Below are positions 53,104-64,000 of a stretch of DNA of 64,000 bases, in pieces. The notes below the pieces were generated by a model, which worked only from the letters and a program-made list of their open reading frames with translations, was not told the DNA's origin and ran no database searches. Within the stretch, counting starts at the first letter, position 1. Each line of letters opens with the position of its first letter. Position numbers and translations under genes: made by a program. Origin of the DNA: Paecilomyces variotii (Eukaryota); the NCBI GenBank assembly GCA_004022145.1, contig RCNU01000002.1, one strand, 5' to 3'.

Positions 53104-54948
53104 TTATCGCGGCCCATGTCTCTCAGCCGGCCATGCTAAGTATTGGACCAACTGCTGGAAAACCCCGCCGGCAGTTTCCATATCGATTTCAGAATCCGCT
53201 AATACGGAAGTCATGGCAGAGCAGATCTCACGCGAAATATCTCGAACAGCACGCACCACAACGGTATCATTGGCGACATGTTTCGGAATAAAGCGTTCCT
53301 GACAACGATAAGTAACAGACTCCCAATCACCAATATCACTATAATCAATAAAAGGCTCGAGCTTGCGTTCCAGCTCCTCGCGCAGAGCCGTCACGGACGG
53401 AAAGTGGCCCCTGGCCAGTCTGCGTAACTCCTCAGAGTACTCCGCCATGATCATATCGACTACGGATTGCCAATCAAATGCATGACGCGATGGATCTCGC
53501 GTTAGGATCATGTGGGTGATATCTTCCCTGATCGGCTGCAGTTCTTCCGTCGAGAGATGGTCTAGACGTGGTAGGGTAGAGTTATTGGGAAATAGGTCCA
53601 GGTCATAAGTGTATGCAGTGACGAAGTGTTCGAAATCGATAATCACTCGATGGCCTGCAAGGTCGTTGTAGCGCGGTCGTCCTTCCCTTCTGTGGTCCTT
53701 GTGCTTGGGACCGTGTCTGCGTTCGGGGTCTGTCGATGGAGTATCAGGCTTATGCTTCCCTTGTCGCTTGTCCTCGCGAGGCCCTTTACCTTCTGCCTTT
53801 CTGTGATCCATTTGCTGTCCATGCTTTTCTCGAGAGAACTTCCCTTGATGCTCGCGGTCTGATGACGGGGTATCGAATTTATGCTTTCGTTGCTGTTGCT
53901 GCTTCTCTTCTCGATGCCCTTTGCCTTCTCCCCGTCCGTGATCGTTTTGCTGCCATTCCTTCTCTTGACATAACTTCCCTTGCTGTTCGCGCTCTGTCGA
54001 CGGGGAATCAGACTTGTGCTTTCGGTGTCGCTTCTCATCTCGAGGGCCCTTGCCTTCTTCGTCTCCATGATCCTTCTGCCGCCATTCCTTTTCTCTCGAT
54101 GACTTCCCTCGATGTTCGCGACCTTTCTGCGGCATCGTGCGAGTAATATACTCAACTTCCAAATCCCGTTCGAAGTTGCAAAGGATAATCTCAAAGTCAG
54201 CCTCAGTACGAATCAGCCCATCAATGCGATCATTCCAGACCTCCTTCGCCATTTTACAAGCCAGGATCGCACGTTCCTGTTCGTCGGGCGGTCCACCAAT
54301 CCCTGTCTCTCGCATCATCCGAGACTCACTACCTATAGTATCATTGAATAAAATCCGATCTTGCGCATCGAGCGCATGACCCCTCATTCCCGACTCGCCA
54401 TCAAGATAGAGTAATCGTAGATCTCTCGCCGTCACGTAGGTGTGTAAATATCCTCCAGCAGTCTCGCCATCATCTTCTTCTTCTTCATCAGAGCCCAAAG
54501 GTCGCTGAGCCGCGTTCTTCCCAGTATGGCCATCATATCCGCCCCGCTGGTCCTGGTCCTGATCCTGATCCTGGATCGGGAAACGAGGACGTCCATGCTG
54601 TTCACTCCTATGCGCGAAACCCAGAGCATGTTCTGGCTCAAAAGCTAACCACTCCACGCCCGTGACGGGGGTAGAGTTTCCCGAGCCGTGGTAGAACTGC
54701 GTGCCTTTTGGCACTGTTGCAAGGAAGAAAGATACACCGTTTGGATAGAGTGAGGACGCACGATGTCTCATTGATGCGTAGATGGTGTTGAAAATATGGT
54801 TAGAGTTTAGTAGAGGAGCTGTGGATCCATCATCGTTGTTCTTGTTGATGTTGATGTTGATGTTGTTGCTGGGTGCTCCAACCACCAGTACAGGTAGGAA
54901 GGACCAGCCCAGCGAAAGGACGAAGAGATTGATGAATGATAGCATCAT
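53104..54948 (-). CDS. Secreted protein of unknown function with an internal charged repeat insert, 614 aa
   Basis: Signal peptide; conserved-looking blocks QFYHG, EWLAFEPEHA, GYLHTY..LRLLYLDG, DGLIRTEADFEIILC, DWQSVVDMI; intronless ORF. Confidence 0.85.
   Translation of the reverse strand: MMLSFINLFVLSLGWSFLPVLVVGAPSNNINININKNNDDGSTAPLLNSNHIFNTIYASMRHRASSLYPNGVSFFLATVPKGTQFYHGSGNSTPVTGVEWLAFEPEHALGFAHRSEQHGRPRFPIQDQDQDQDQRGGYDGHTGKNAAQRPLGSDEEEEDDGETAGGYLHTYVTARDLRLLYLDGESGMRGHALDAQDRILFNDTIGSESRMMRETGIGGPPDEQERAILACKMAKEVWNDRIDGLIRTEADFEIILCNFERDLEVEYITRTMPQKGREHRGKSSREKEWRQKDHGDEEGKGPRDEKRHRKHKSDSPSTEREQQGKLCQEKEWQQNDHGRGEGKGHREEKQQQQRKHKFDTPSSDREHQGKFSREKHGQQMDHRKAEGKGPREDKRQGKHKPDTPSTDPERRHGPKHKDHRREGRPRYNDLAGHRVIIDFEHFVTAYTYDLDLFPNNSTLPRLDHLSTEELQPIREDITHMILTRDPSRHAFDWQSVVDMIMAEYSEELRRLARGHFPSVTALREELERKLEPFIDYSDIGDWESVTYRCQERFIPKHVANDTVVVRAVRDISREICSAMTSVLADSEIDMETAGGVFQQLVQYLAWPAERHGPR
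53728..54120 (-). repeat. Three tandem intragenic repeats of 129/135/129 bp (43-45 aa)
   Basis: Units start at 54120, 53991 and 53856: RE(H/Q)xGKxxxEKxxxQxDHxxxEGKGxRxxK...KHKxDxPSx. Confidence 0.9.
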
Positions 54949-56678
54949 GGTAGCGAATATGCGATCATCGTCAATAATAATAAAAAGGTCAAGCGAATCG
55001 AAGAAACCTTGGTGGTGTCCAGTTTTTGTCCAGTTTTATGGTATCATTATCCATGCTGTCCCGCGACACATCATCGGGAGGGTTTTCTAAGTACTTAACG
55101 AGAAACACATGCGCCAATATCCGGATAATCAACCGTTGCTTCTTGACTTGCTATGCTATTATTATTAAGTGCGTATATACTCTCCATCGAAAGTCACTAA
55201 CTAACTATATCAAGAAGCGGAAAATAAGAACGAACAAGAACGACTACTGACTCTTCGACACTACTTACGCTAAGTAACTACTTAACCCCGATATGTTATG
55301 AGTTTACGAGCCGCCCCAGTGAAAGTCCCCATCAACGTTGCACCGATAAATTAGGTACTCAAGATAGAGTTCTGATGTAGTAGTTATCTAGCTTGAATTA
55401 CCAGTGTGGAAAAAATGTACGGAGGACTTCGTTAAGTAGATTCATTTAAACCAGGATGATAATCTCAATCGTGACATCCTGGACATGATACCAGGATAAA
55501 CTCAATCCGGTAAGTAGATACGACTATCTACCGGTTATTTAAATTACTTCTCAAGGGCTGCAACTGGGGTACTCTGGAAATTGGCAGTTGACTACTACAG
55601 ATCAATGACTTGATCGACATCCAACACTGTCGGCCGCGCGGCTTGGTCGACTGAGAATCAGGCTCGACAGATACTTACTTATCTTTGCAGGGATCGCGAA
55701 CTTTTCACGACAAGCACGTACTTTTGCTCCTCGAACAAATATGAGCCCATGACCTATATATAGGTAGTCAGTAATAGTATACCAAAGATTTATCCTGCTC
55801 TTTTTTACCAGTGGAGACCGCGATTGGAAGATGTATCGTGGTGCTGGTCTCGGGCCATACTTAAGGATGCCGTATCCATTACATTAGTGCCATAGATAGG
55901 TATCTGATTTCTTTTACTTCTTTGCGATTGCGACAAAGCACGAGTCTGTTCGATTTCTCAGAGTCTGTTCACCTCTATTAACCACAGAGGAGTAGGGACG
56001 AGCCGCAATATGAGATAGTATAATAATTGAAGTACTTGTAGTGAAAAAGCTACGCTAGCTAGCGCACAGCCAGTTTATCTTGGTACAGCACGGGAGGAAG
56101 CCCAGAAAAAAGGAAATTGAACGCAAAGTAGAGACTGTAGGAAAGGGAATTTGATATCTAAAGCGGCCTATCCCGGTGAGGATTCGGCTGCCAGCATTAA
56201 TTGCGCTGTTGATACAGATAAGAATCGCCCCAAAGCCAGCAGAATATCCGAGGGCGACGCTGAATTCTGACAGGAATGTCAGTGGAACTAGGTTCCCGCT
56301 ACTTAGCCTGCAGCAATGCTGTGATAGTCGACAGGAAGAATACCGGCTTCTTGGCTATTTCAAGGTCGATGCGTGTGCGCCGTCTACTGATGAATCTCGA
56401 GGGATTAGTTGCGACCACGATAGGAAGTGGGATCAGAAGCGTAAAGAAACATAGAAAGCGTAGCGTCCAGCGTATTCCGACTTTTTATAGTAGTGTCTGA
56501 ATCAGGAGTGAAAAAACTACTTGCTCCAGGACCAGCTCCTAAGGCTGTAATCATGATAAGACTTCTACATATGTAGCAAGTATAGATCTTAGCTCGGCGT
56601 ATTAACTTTGAAAATACATATCCATCAAAAAGAAGATAAAAACTGGCGCAATAGCACTGCTTCTGAAACGTGAGATCA

Positions 56679-58496
56679 CTAGCCATCGTCGTCCGTTACA
56701 GGGTTTGATTTATTCCCACTCCTCAACGGGTGTGACGGATGGACTCTTTTCATATGCAAGTTCAAATTCCACGTGCGTGTGAAACCATCGGTATGTCTAC
56801 TGCAACCCTTCACAGGACACACAAGATCCTTCTTGCGGTGCTCTCCTTTGCCTTTGAACGGCCTTACAGCGCTCTGCTCTTCACCGTCCTCTTTCGCAAC
56901 TACAGACGCTGCTCGACTGCTCTCTCCTTTGGTAGACTGCGCGCGGGACCGCGTACGTTTGAGCTTGGGAGCAGGCGGCTCTTCTTCTTCGCTGGCCGAA
57001 TACTTCCATAGATCTCTTCCATCCGTAGACTTCGTCTTCCGTACGGCTCCTTCGCTCAATGTCTGGAAAGTCATGTCCTCGCCGAATAAATCAGCACATC
57101 GTCGTGCGGCGCGCATTACCACTTCGGAAGGCCACCCGGTCATGGAAGCGATTCCGAGAACATCGCTCCAATCCCTTATAGCGAGTCTTGCTGACCGCCC
57201 TCCAACCCTTGAACGACTTCGTGACAAGGAGACCGGTGTCCTTGTCGACTCTCGCTTTGAAGGACGTGAAGTCTCGGAAACAGACGAATCAGACTCAGAA
57301 GAGTCTATCGCATATTCTGGAGCCTCTTCGGGGTTTGAGGCAGCTCTTTTTCTGCTTTTGCTGCGAGAGGATGCACGAGCTCGCTTTCTCCCTCTTGATT
57401 GACTCCTTTCCAGTGTGCTTGTCCCTCTCCTCTTTCTGGGTGATGATAGACGAGAAGCCAAGCTCTCTGCCTCAGACTGTCTCTCGCTGGCAGAACTCTC
57501 GTCTGGGACCATACTAGCTTTCCGCGCGTGGTGTAAACTCATTAGAAGTGAGTCTAACCGACTCAAAATTTGTCGTGTCAGAGGCCGTAGTTGTCGTCGA
57601 GACATCTCATCGTCCGCTTGAACTACTGGGCGATATTGGATACCTTCTGCAGTATCCGGTTCACTCTTCCAGCCGCCTTCATTTCCAGATGCCTCCGTAG
57701 TATCGTATCCACGAGAACTCTCTCTCTTGTGCCAAACATAACTCTTCGGCATCTCTTCCCTAGCTTGGAACCGTTCCTTCGAAATCTTCAGCATCACGGC
57801 TATGAGAGATTCTTCTAACGGAGCACTTGGTCTGATATCCGGCGCTCTTTTAATCGTGTATGGATCATCGTTGTCGTTGATCAGCGATTCATCCAACCTG
57901 GGAACTTCCTCAGGTGGCATAGGCCATGCTGTCCACAGCTTGCCTGGGACAAACGCCGTCTCTTCCTCTTCCTGGCTGCCATTTTCAGCAATTCTCTTTC
58001 GAATCTCTCTGGCCCGTCGTTTCAGCGCATGAGCATTGAACAGATGAGCTGAGAGATCTCTGGCACGTATGATCTCCAGGGATTCAGCAACTTGACGCTC
58101 TTTCTGAGTCCATAAGCGCCAAGTAGAGGTAGGACCATGGTACCTATTTGGTCGATGCACAGGTGGTGACTCCGAACGATAAATGTCTGTATCACTATAC
58201 GAAATGGGCGCCTTGTATTTTGCTTTCTTCTTTTCCTTGGCTTTGTTTTCCACCGTACTGCGCCTCTCAGGAAGGGGCGCGTCTTCGTCACTCGCGTCGT
58301 ATGTCGCATCATCAGAGTCATCACCCATAGGAGGTAGCTCCTCATTTAGTACATCTTCGATATCCACGTCATGGTCAGACTCTCTGGCCTCGTCATGTTC
58401 AATAGGCTGACTGCTCGATCCAAATATGGAACGATAGGGTTGAGCCGATTGGGGAGGATATTCATGATCTGGACGTTGCTGCGACGACGCGGACAT
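56679..58496 (-). CDS. RRN9: Rrn9-domain Pol I UAF subunit with C-terminal C2H2 zinc finger
   Basis: RPNRYHGPTSTW..ARDLSAHLFNAHALKRRA..WTAWP (Rrn9 domain); DWSDVLGIAS..RCADLFGE; CPVKGC..FTRTWNLNLHMKRVH. Confidence 0.8.
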   Translation of the reverse strand: MSASSQQRPDHEYPPQSAQPYRSIFGSSSQPIEHDEARESDHDVDIEDVLNEELPPMGDDSDDATYDASDEDAPLPERRSTVENKAKEKKKAKYKAPISYSDTDIYRSESPPVHRPNRYHGPTSTWRLWTQKERQVAESLEIIRARDLSAHLFNAHALKRRAREIRKRIAENGSQEEEETAFVPGKLWTAWPMPPEEVPRLDESLINDNDDPYTIKRAPDIRPSAPLEESLIAVMLKISKERFQAREEMPKSYVWHKRESSRGYDTTEASGNEGGWKSEPDTAEGIQYRPVVQADDEMSRRQLRPLTRQILSRLDSLLMSLHHARKASMVPDESSASERQSEAESLASRLSSPRKRRGTSTLERSQSRGRKRARASSRSKSRKRAASNPEEAPEYAIDSSESDSSVSETSRPSKRESTRTPVSLSRSRSRVGGRSARLAIRDWSDVLGIASMTGWPSEVVMRAARRCADLFGEDMTFQTLSEGAVRKTKSTDGRDLWKYSASEEEEPPAPKLKRTRSRAQSTKGESSRAASVVAKEDGEEQSAVRPFKGKGEHRKKDLVCPVKGCSRHTDGFTRTWNLNLHMKRVHPSHPLRSGNKSNPVTDDDG

Positions 58497-59228
58497 AGCC
58501 TTTATCTGAAATCTCTGTTCGAGGGATCACCTCCCGCTCTTTCTTGTCGAATGCAGGAGGCTATCATCACATGGACGATTGTAATATCTGCAGAGTACTT
58601 TCGACAAAGAGCGCTCGTGTCAGCAGACAGCCAATAGCGATGTTCAAATTCTCCCCCAAAATTATGCCGTGTCGAGGAGGATTGGACAGCGGCTTGAAAC
58701 CTGGCTTCCGCGAAATTTGACGAGTATGGCTGGTTCCTGAAAGGTATCCTTACTACTGTACAAGAAAGGAATACCACCGCTCATCTAGAATCTTATGGTG
58801 TTAGCTCCAAGGTGCTGAAGTAATTGGACAATATTACGATCCGGTGGAGTCGGGCGAAAATTACGGGTCACGTGATTTCAGTTACCCTTTCGAGGATATC
58901 ACTGCTTTCAAAACCAAATTTCTTTTACAAGTGCGATTTGAAGAGCGCGTGATGAGGTTACTTCTCAAATGTTGCTTGGATTTGTATGTGGGAGCTTTCA
59001 TACTGGGTTACTGAGAAGCCATCCGGTCAAAATCAGTCCAACATATATACAAACTCCCATTGGCCGTGTGAGTACCTACATCTAGATTTTCTAATGTAAC
59101 TACTAACACACGAGTCTCTGCGAAGATTATTACACGAATAAGTTTATGCTATAGCATTTACATTTCCGAACCTTCTACTAGTCACATGTTTTGATATTGT
59201 GTGGAAAAGAAGTACATACTGGATATGT

Positions 59229-60501
59229 CTATTTATTATGGGTATCATCGTCGTCGTCATAAGTCGTTTTCCAGCCCCGATCAAGACCCAGCACCTTTCC
59301 AGTGATAAGACCCTTTATAGTCAAGATATGCTCTATTATCCACATCACAACAAGCATGATCAGCAGGGCCGTCGACCAGACTTTGAAGGCTGGTGAATCG
59401 AGAAGTAGCCCCAAGTGGACTGCAGCGTTGGTGTAAACTCCCTAGTTTCTTGGTTACTATGAACCTGCCCTCTCCGCAACAATGGATGTGACTTACCCAT
59501 GGGAAAATCAAGGCCCACGCGGACATGCTGAACTTGGTTTTTCTCCAGCCGCCAGGCTGAGCGATTACAGTATGCACGATACTGATGATAGCAAAGCACC
59601 ACCAGAACGTCCCGTATCCCCATGAAAGCAAGCCAGCAAACTGACTTGCAAACGCTATTGGAGTGGCCGAGTTCGCAGTCAAGAATTCTCCTTTATTGTA
59701 CCTCGCGAAGCTATTTCTCGACACAGCGTGGCCGAGTATCTCCAGCGCGAAACTTGCTTGTCCAAAAGGACCGCATAATATCATGTCCTGATAGATCTTT
59801 TCGATATCTGGAAACGACTTGTTGAAGAGTCTTGATAAAAATATGGTATCAAAACTCATCGCTAGTGGAATCCCAACTCCCATTTCCAGGTATGCCACGA
59901 CAATAACTGGGACTTGGAGCCGGTCGCTGATGGCACCATACCTGCATATGATACCTCCTCCAGCGGCTGAAGTGAGAGCTGCAATAAGAGGTAGCAGAAT
60001 GGACGGGGTAACTGCATGGATTCCTGGGGGTTGTAATTTCACAAATACATAGGGAATTCCTATACATGAGACAACCGCCATGGCTGTATCGGTCCACCAC
60101 AGAACATAAGCGACAATGCCCCAGGCCGGTCCCCAGTCATGCACTATCGACAGTGCGATCATTTGAATTATTGTCTCGAAGCTGATAGAAATGCTAGCCA
60201 GGCATGATGTCTCGATAATGCTCGTTCGCAGCCGATTGGCCACATGTCTCGGGTACAAAAGAATCCTGAGCAGGTAGAGAAAGACAAAGGACGACAGCAG
60301 CACAATCGTGTATACCCAGACTATTTGTGATATGGTTTTCAACCCGTGGAATTGATAATCCAATTGGTGAAGTGTCACCGCAATTATTCCTGTGCCTTGC
60401 GGAACTAGGAACCACTGCGAAGAGAAATTCCACAAAGCCAGAGCTGCTGGGTTTGATGGGTGTTGCAGTGCTCGTCTTTGACTCCCACCGGTTTCGCTCA
60501 T
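59229..60501 (-). CDS. TDT/SLAC1 family anion channel (Ssu1/Mae1-like); exons 60501-59497, 59441-59229
   Basis: About 10 TM segments; FSSQWFLVPQGTG, CGPFGQASFA, WGYGTFWW, WALIFPW|GVYTNA. Confidence 0.9.
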
Positions 60502-60786
60502 TTCTGCGATCCCTTCTTCCAACGCGGTCTTCCCATTTACTGTATATAATATTTACAGTGATTTTTAGCCAAGCGCACAAAGCTTAGCGGATCGCGTCGG
60601 CTTCGCATTCCGACCCATTAAGTGATGTACGTGCGTCGCATTGACATCACGTTCCAAGAAAATGTCAGGAATTAATTCCCCGCGTTTCGGGATCTCCGCG
60701 GGACTGTTAGTTTTATGAATACCTGGTAACTTATTTGCTGAGAGCGCTCGCCCGATTATTGCTCTGGCGGCATCGGTGAAGCAAAT

Positions 60787-63700
60787 ATGGTTCCCTATTA
60801 CCAAAGCAGAAATTCAATTGAAGATATCTGGGGCTCTCGACAGCCCTATAAACACCAATGGCCTCAAAGAGAGGATGCATATCTTTTGGATGAGCCTGAT
60901 AAATGGGTGCAGAGTGCTTGCGTTCTGTGCAGGTTGAACTGTCAATCTAATTGTGCACAGTATTGTCTGAGTGTGCTGACTTTTACCATAGTAATGGATG
61001 TGGATTAGACATTGGAGTCAAGGACGGAAAAGTAGTCGGTGTAAGAGGACGTGTTGTTGATCGAGTCAACAAAGGCCGTTTAGGACCTAAGGGGCTGAAT
61101 GGGTAATTGAATCGTTTTCAAGTCGACTTGAGGGTAGTGCTAATCTGTGTACAGATGGACAGCTATCAATCATCCAGATCGTCTTACCCATCCATTGATA
61201 CGGAAGAATGGGAAACTCGTCAAGACGTCCTGGGATGAGGCAATGTCACTTATTGTGGAAAAAGCGAAAGATATTCGTCGACGCCTGACCAGCCATGGAA
61301 TCGCCTTCTACACGTCTGGGCAGCTTTTCCTCGAAGAATATTATGCCCTTGCAATGATTGGAAAGGCAGGATTAAATGCACTTCACATGTAAGTCGTAAC
61401 TAGTATATAATTTATCAGTGCAGCTGACTGCGTATATAGGGATGGGAATACCCGTCTGTGCACCGCTACTGCAGCTGCTTCCATGCGAGAGTCTTTCGGA
61501 TCCGACGGGCAGCCTGGATCGTACGCAGATGTTGATTATACGGACTGTCTATTCATAGTCGGCCACAACGTGTCTGCTACACAAACTGTTCTGTGGGCGC
61601 GTATCCTGGATAGGTTGGACGGTCCCAATCCACCGAAGCTGATTGTTGTCGACCCTAGAAGATCTGAAACGGCAAAAAGAGCTACTGTTCATCTAGCGCC
61701 CAAAATTGGCACAAATGTCGCTCTATTGAATGGTATCGAACACCTGATGTACAAAAACGGTTGGATAGATGACGACTGGGTCACAAAACATACAGTCGGC
61801 AGCCAGGAACTTAAAGAAACAGTTGAAAAGTATACCCCAGAGTTCGTTGAGCAGATAACTGGTGTCCCGAAAGGAAAGTTGGAGGAAGCTGCTCAGATAA
61901 TCGGCACAACAAAGACGATGTTGTCCACTGCCCTGCAGGGAGTCTATCAATCGAACCAAGCAACTGCAGCCGCTTGCCAGATTAACAATATTAATCTTCT
62001 CCGTGGCCTCATCGGCAGACCAGGGAGCGGGATACTGCAAATGAACGGCCAGCCAACAGCACAGAATAACCGCGAGGCCGGCTGCGATGGGGAATTTCCA
62101 GGCTTCAGGAATTTTCAGAATCCGAATCATATCAAGGAAATTGCCGACGTGTGGAATATAGACCCTCTACGAGTTCCGCACTGGGCGGAGCCGACCCATA
62201 TAGAGAATATGCTGACGTACATTGACGAAGGGTCAATCGAGATGTTCTGGGTATCAGGAACGAATCCTCTCGTCAGCTTGCCAAATCTTACCATGGCACG
62301 AAAATGCCTTACAAAGCCGGATCTGTTTGTAATCTGCCAGGATATTTATCTCACTGAAACTGCTCAGATCGCAGATGTGGTCCTACCTGCAGCGCAATGG
62401 GGTGAGAAAACTGGCTGCTTTACGAACGCTGACCGGACAGTACATCTGTCGCACAAGGCTGTCAATCCTCCAGGAGAGGCGAGGGCTGACTTGGATATCT
62501 TTCTCGATTTTGGGAGGAGAATGGACTTCAAAGATAAGGATGGCAATGACCTGCTACCTTTCAGTACACCAGAGGAGGTCTTCTGTGCCTGGAAGAAGCT
62601 GTCTAAAGGTCGCCCATGCGACTACAGTGGTCTGTCATATGAAAAGCTGACAGGAGGCTCTGGCATCCAGTGGCCCTGCAACGACACCTACCCTTACGGA
62701 AAAGAAAGATTATTTGACGACGCCGTCTTCTTCACTGACATTGACTATTGTGAAAGCTTTGGTCACGACCTCGAGACAGGTGCGCCGCTTTCCAAAGAAG
62801 ACTACCAATCGATAAATCCAGGCGGTAGAGCGATTCTCAAATCAGCAAATTACTTTCCTGACCCAGAAGAGCCCAATGAGAACTATCCAATTCGATTGTC
62901 GACGGGACGCAATGTCTACCATTTTCATACGAGAACCAAAACGGGGAGATCGAAACCGCTGCAGGAAGCTTGTCCCGAACCTACTATCCGTATTTCCAAA
63001 GACGATGCTGTCAAGTTCAATGTTCAAGATGGAGATGAGGTGGTGGTCAGATCGAGGAGGGGAGCGGTTGAGATGAGAGCCTCAGTTGGGGATATCGCTC
63101 CAGGACAAGCTTTCATTCCCTTTCACTTTGGATATTTTGATTCTACAGACGGAAAATCCAGGGCAGCGAATGAGTTGACAATAGGTCAGTTTTCCACACC
63201 AATATGATTGAGTCCTACGAAAGTCTAACATCAACGCTCCAGAACGATGGGACCCAATATCGAAGCAACCAACCTTCAAGTCGGGGGCAGTTCGCATCGA
63301 AAAGATCGAGCCAGGACAGGTTAAGATTCATGCCCGAGAGCAACACTCTGCATCTGTTCGGAAAGTCCAGACGGAAAAACCAACGGTACAATTGGTAAAG
63401 CATAAAGTGGAGAGGACACGCAGGCTTGAGCTGTGGCTCGGGACAATTTTCGAAGCCATCCAGATCCTGAAGGAGATCTGTTCTCAGCTGATACCCACGC
63501 TCATCCATGACATGGAAATCCCTGGCGGGATGAAAGTCATGGAACGCATAGCTGAGTCTATACAGGAACGGCTCGCCCCAGTCATCGATACATACAAGGA
63601 ACAAAAAGTCTTCGGTGAATCCGTATCACGCAGAGTTCGCGACAACCTGTTTCCAGCACTAGATCGCAACAGTGACCACGAGCCGTACGAAGCCCTGACT

Positions 63701-63970
63701 GCTCTGCAAGCTTTCTATATGTATCTCTGCCATATCGATGGCCACCTCGTTGCACTGCACCCCGCGAGCCAAGCGATGTGGGACGAGAACTTCTTCGAGG
63801 CAGTCAAATTCTCTCAACAACAAATCACGAGGATGAAGAGTTGGACTACGCAGCAAATGAAGACTAAGTCCCCGCAGAGACTGCTCGTGCCAATGGACCC
63901 TATCGACGAGACTGTCGGAAGCGTCTTTGAAGAAGATGCGCGCAAACTAGCAGACTCTTTGCGTGCGTAG
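60787..63970 (+). CDS. Bacterial-type molybdopterin (DMSO-reductase family, NapA/NarB-like) oxidoreductase with fused C-terminal helical domain. Exons 60787-60932, 60992-61102, 61155-61388, 61440-63184, 63243-63970 (~987 aa)
   Basis: CVLCS|NGC Fe-S motif, DRLTHPLIR, SGQLFLEEYY, MDGNTRLCT (Mo-ligand Cys), GQPTAQNNRE, DVVLPAAQWGEKTG, STGRNVYHFHTRTKT, AANELT, DPISKQPTFK. Four in-phase introns. Confidence 0.9.
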
Positions 63971-64000
63971 GATCATACACTAGATCCCATGCTACTTGAG

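Overview
Fungal (Eurotiales-type) nuclear DNA with spliceosomal introns (GT..CTRAC..YAG). All exon models are my manual reading. The left ~41 kb is largely accessory. It holds a type II-like flavin monooxygenase, a tRNA island (Glu-CTC plus three identical Val-AAC) with decayed DNA including an Rrn10-like pseudogene, and an Mx-like dynamin. The dynamin's in-frame spliced tail carries nucleoporin-type FG motifs and a GLEBS-like motif. Next is an apparently complete ophiobolin-type sesterterpene cluster: PDR transporter, secreted FAD oxidoreductase, bifunctional synthase, P450, Zn2Cys6 regulator and a flanking SDR. After that come a thioredoxin, a decayed pogo/Fot1 relic, a small Cys-rich secreted protein and a GH5 beta-1,6-glucanase. 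The right ~23 kb holds core genes (ISU1, MCM7, PEX1, SSADH, RRN9), a secreted repeat protein, and a head-to-head pair of a TDT/SLAC1 anion channel and an intron-containing bacterial-type (NapA/NarB-like, bis-MGD) molybdoenzyme. The best candidates for undescribed biology are the dynamin-FG/GLEBS fusion and the molybdoenzyme/anion-channel pair. Family calls come from motif recognition and recalled sequences; no searches were run.
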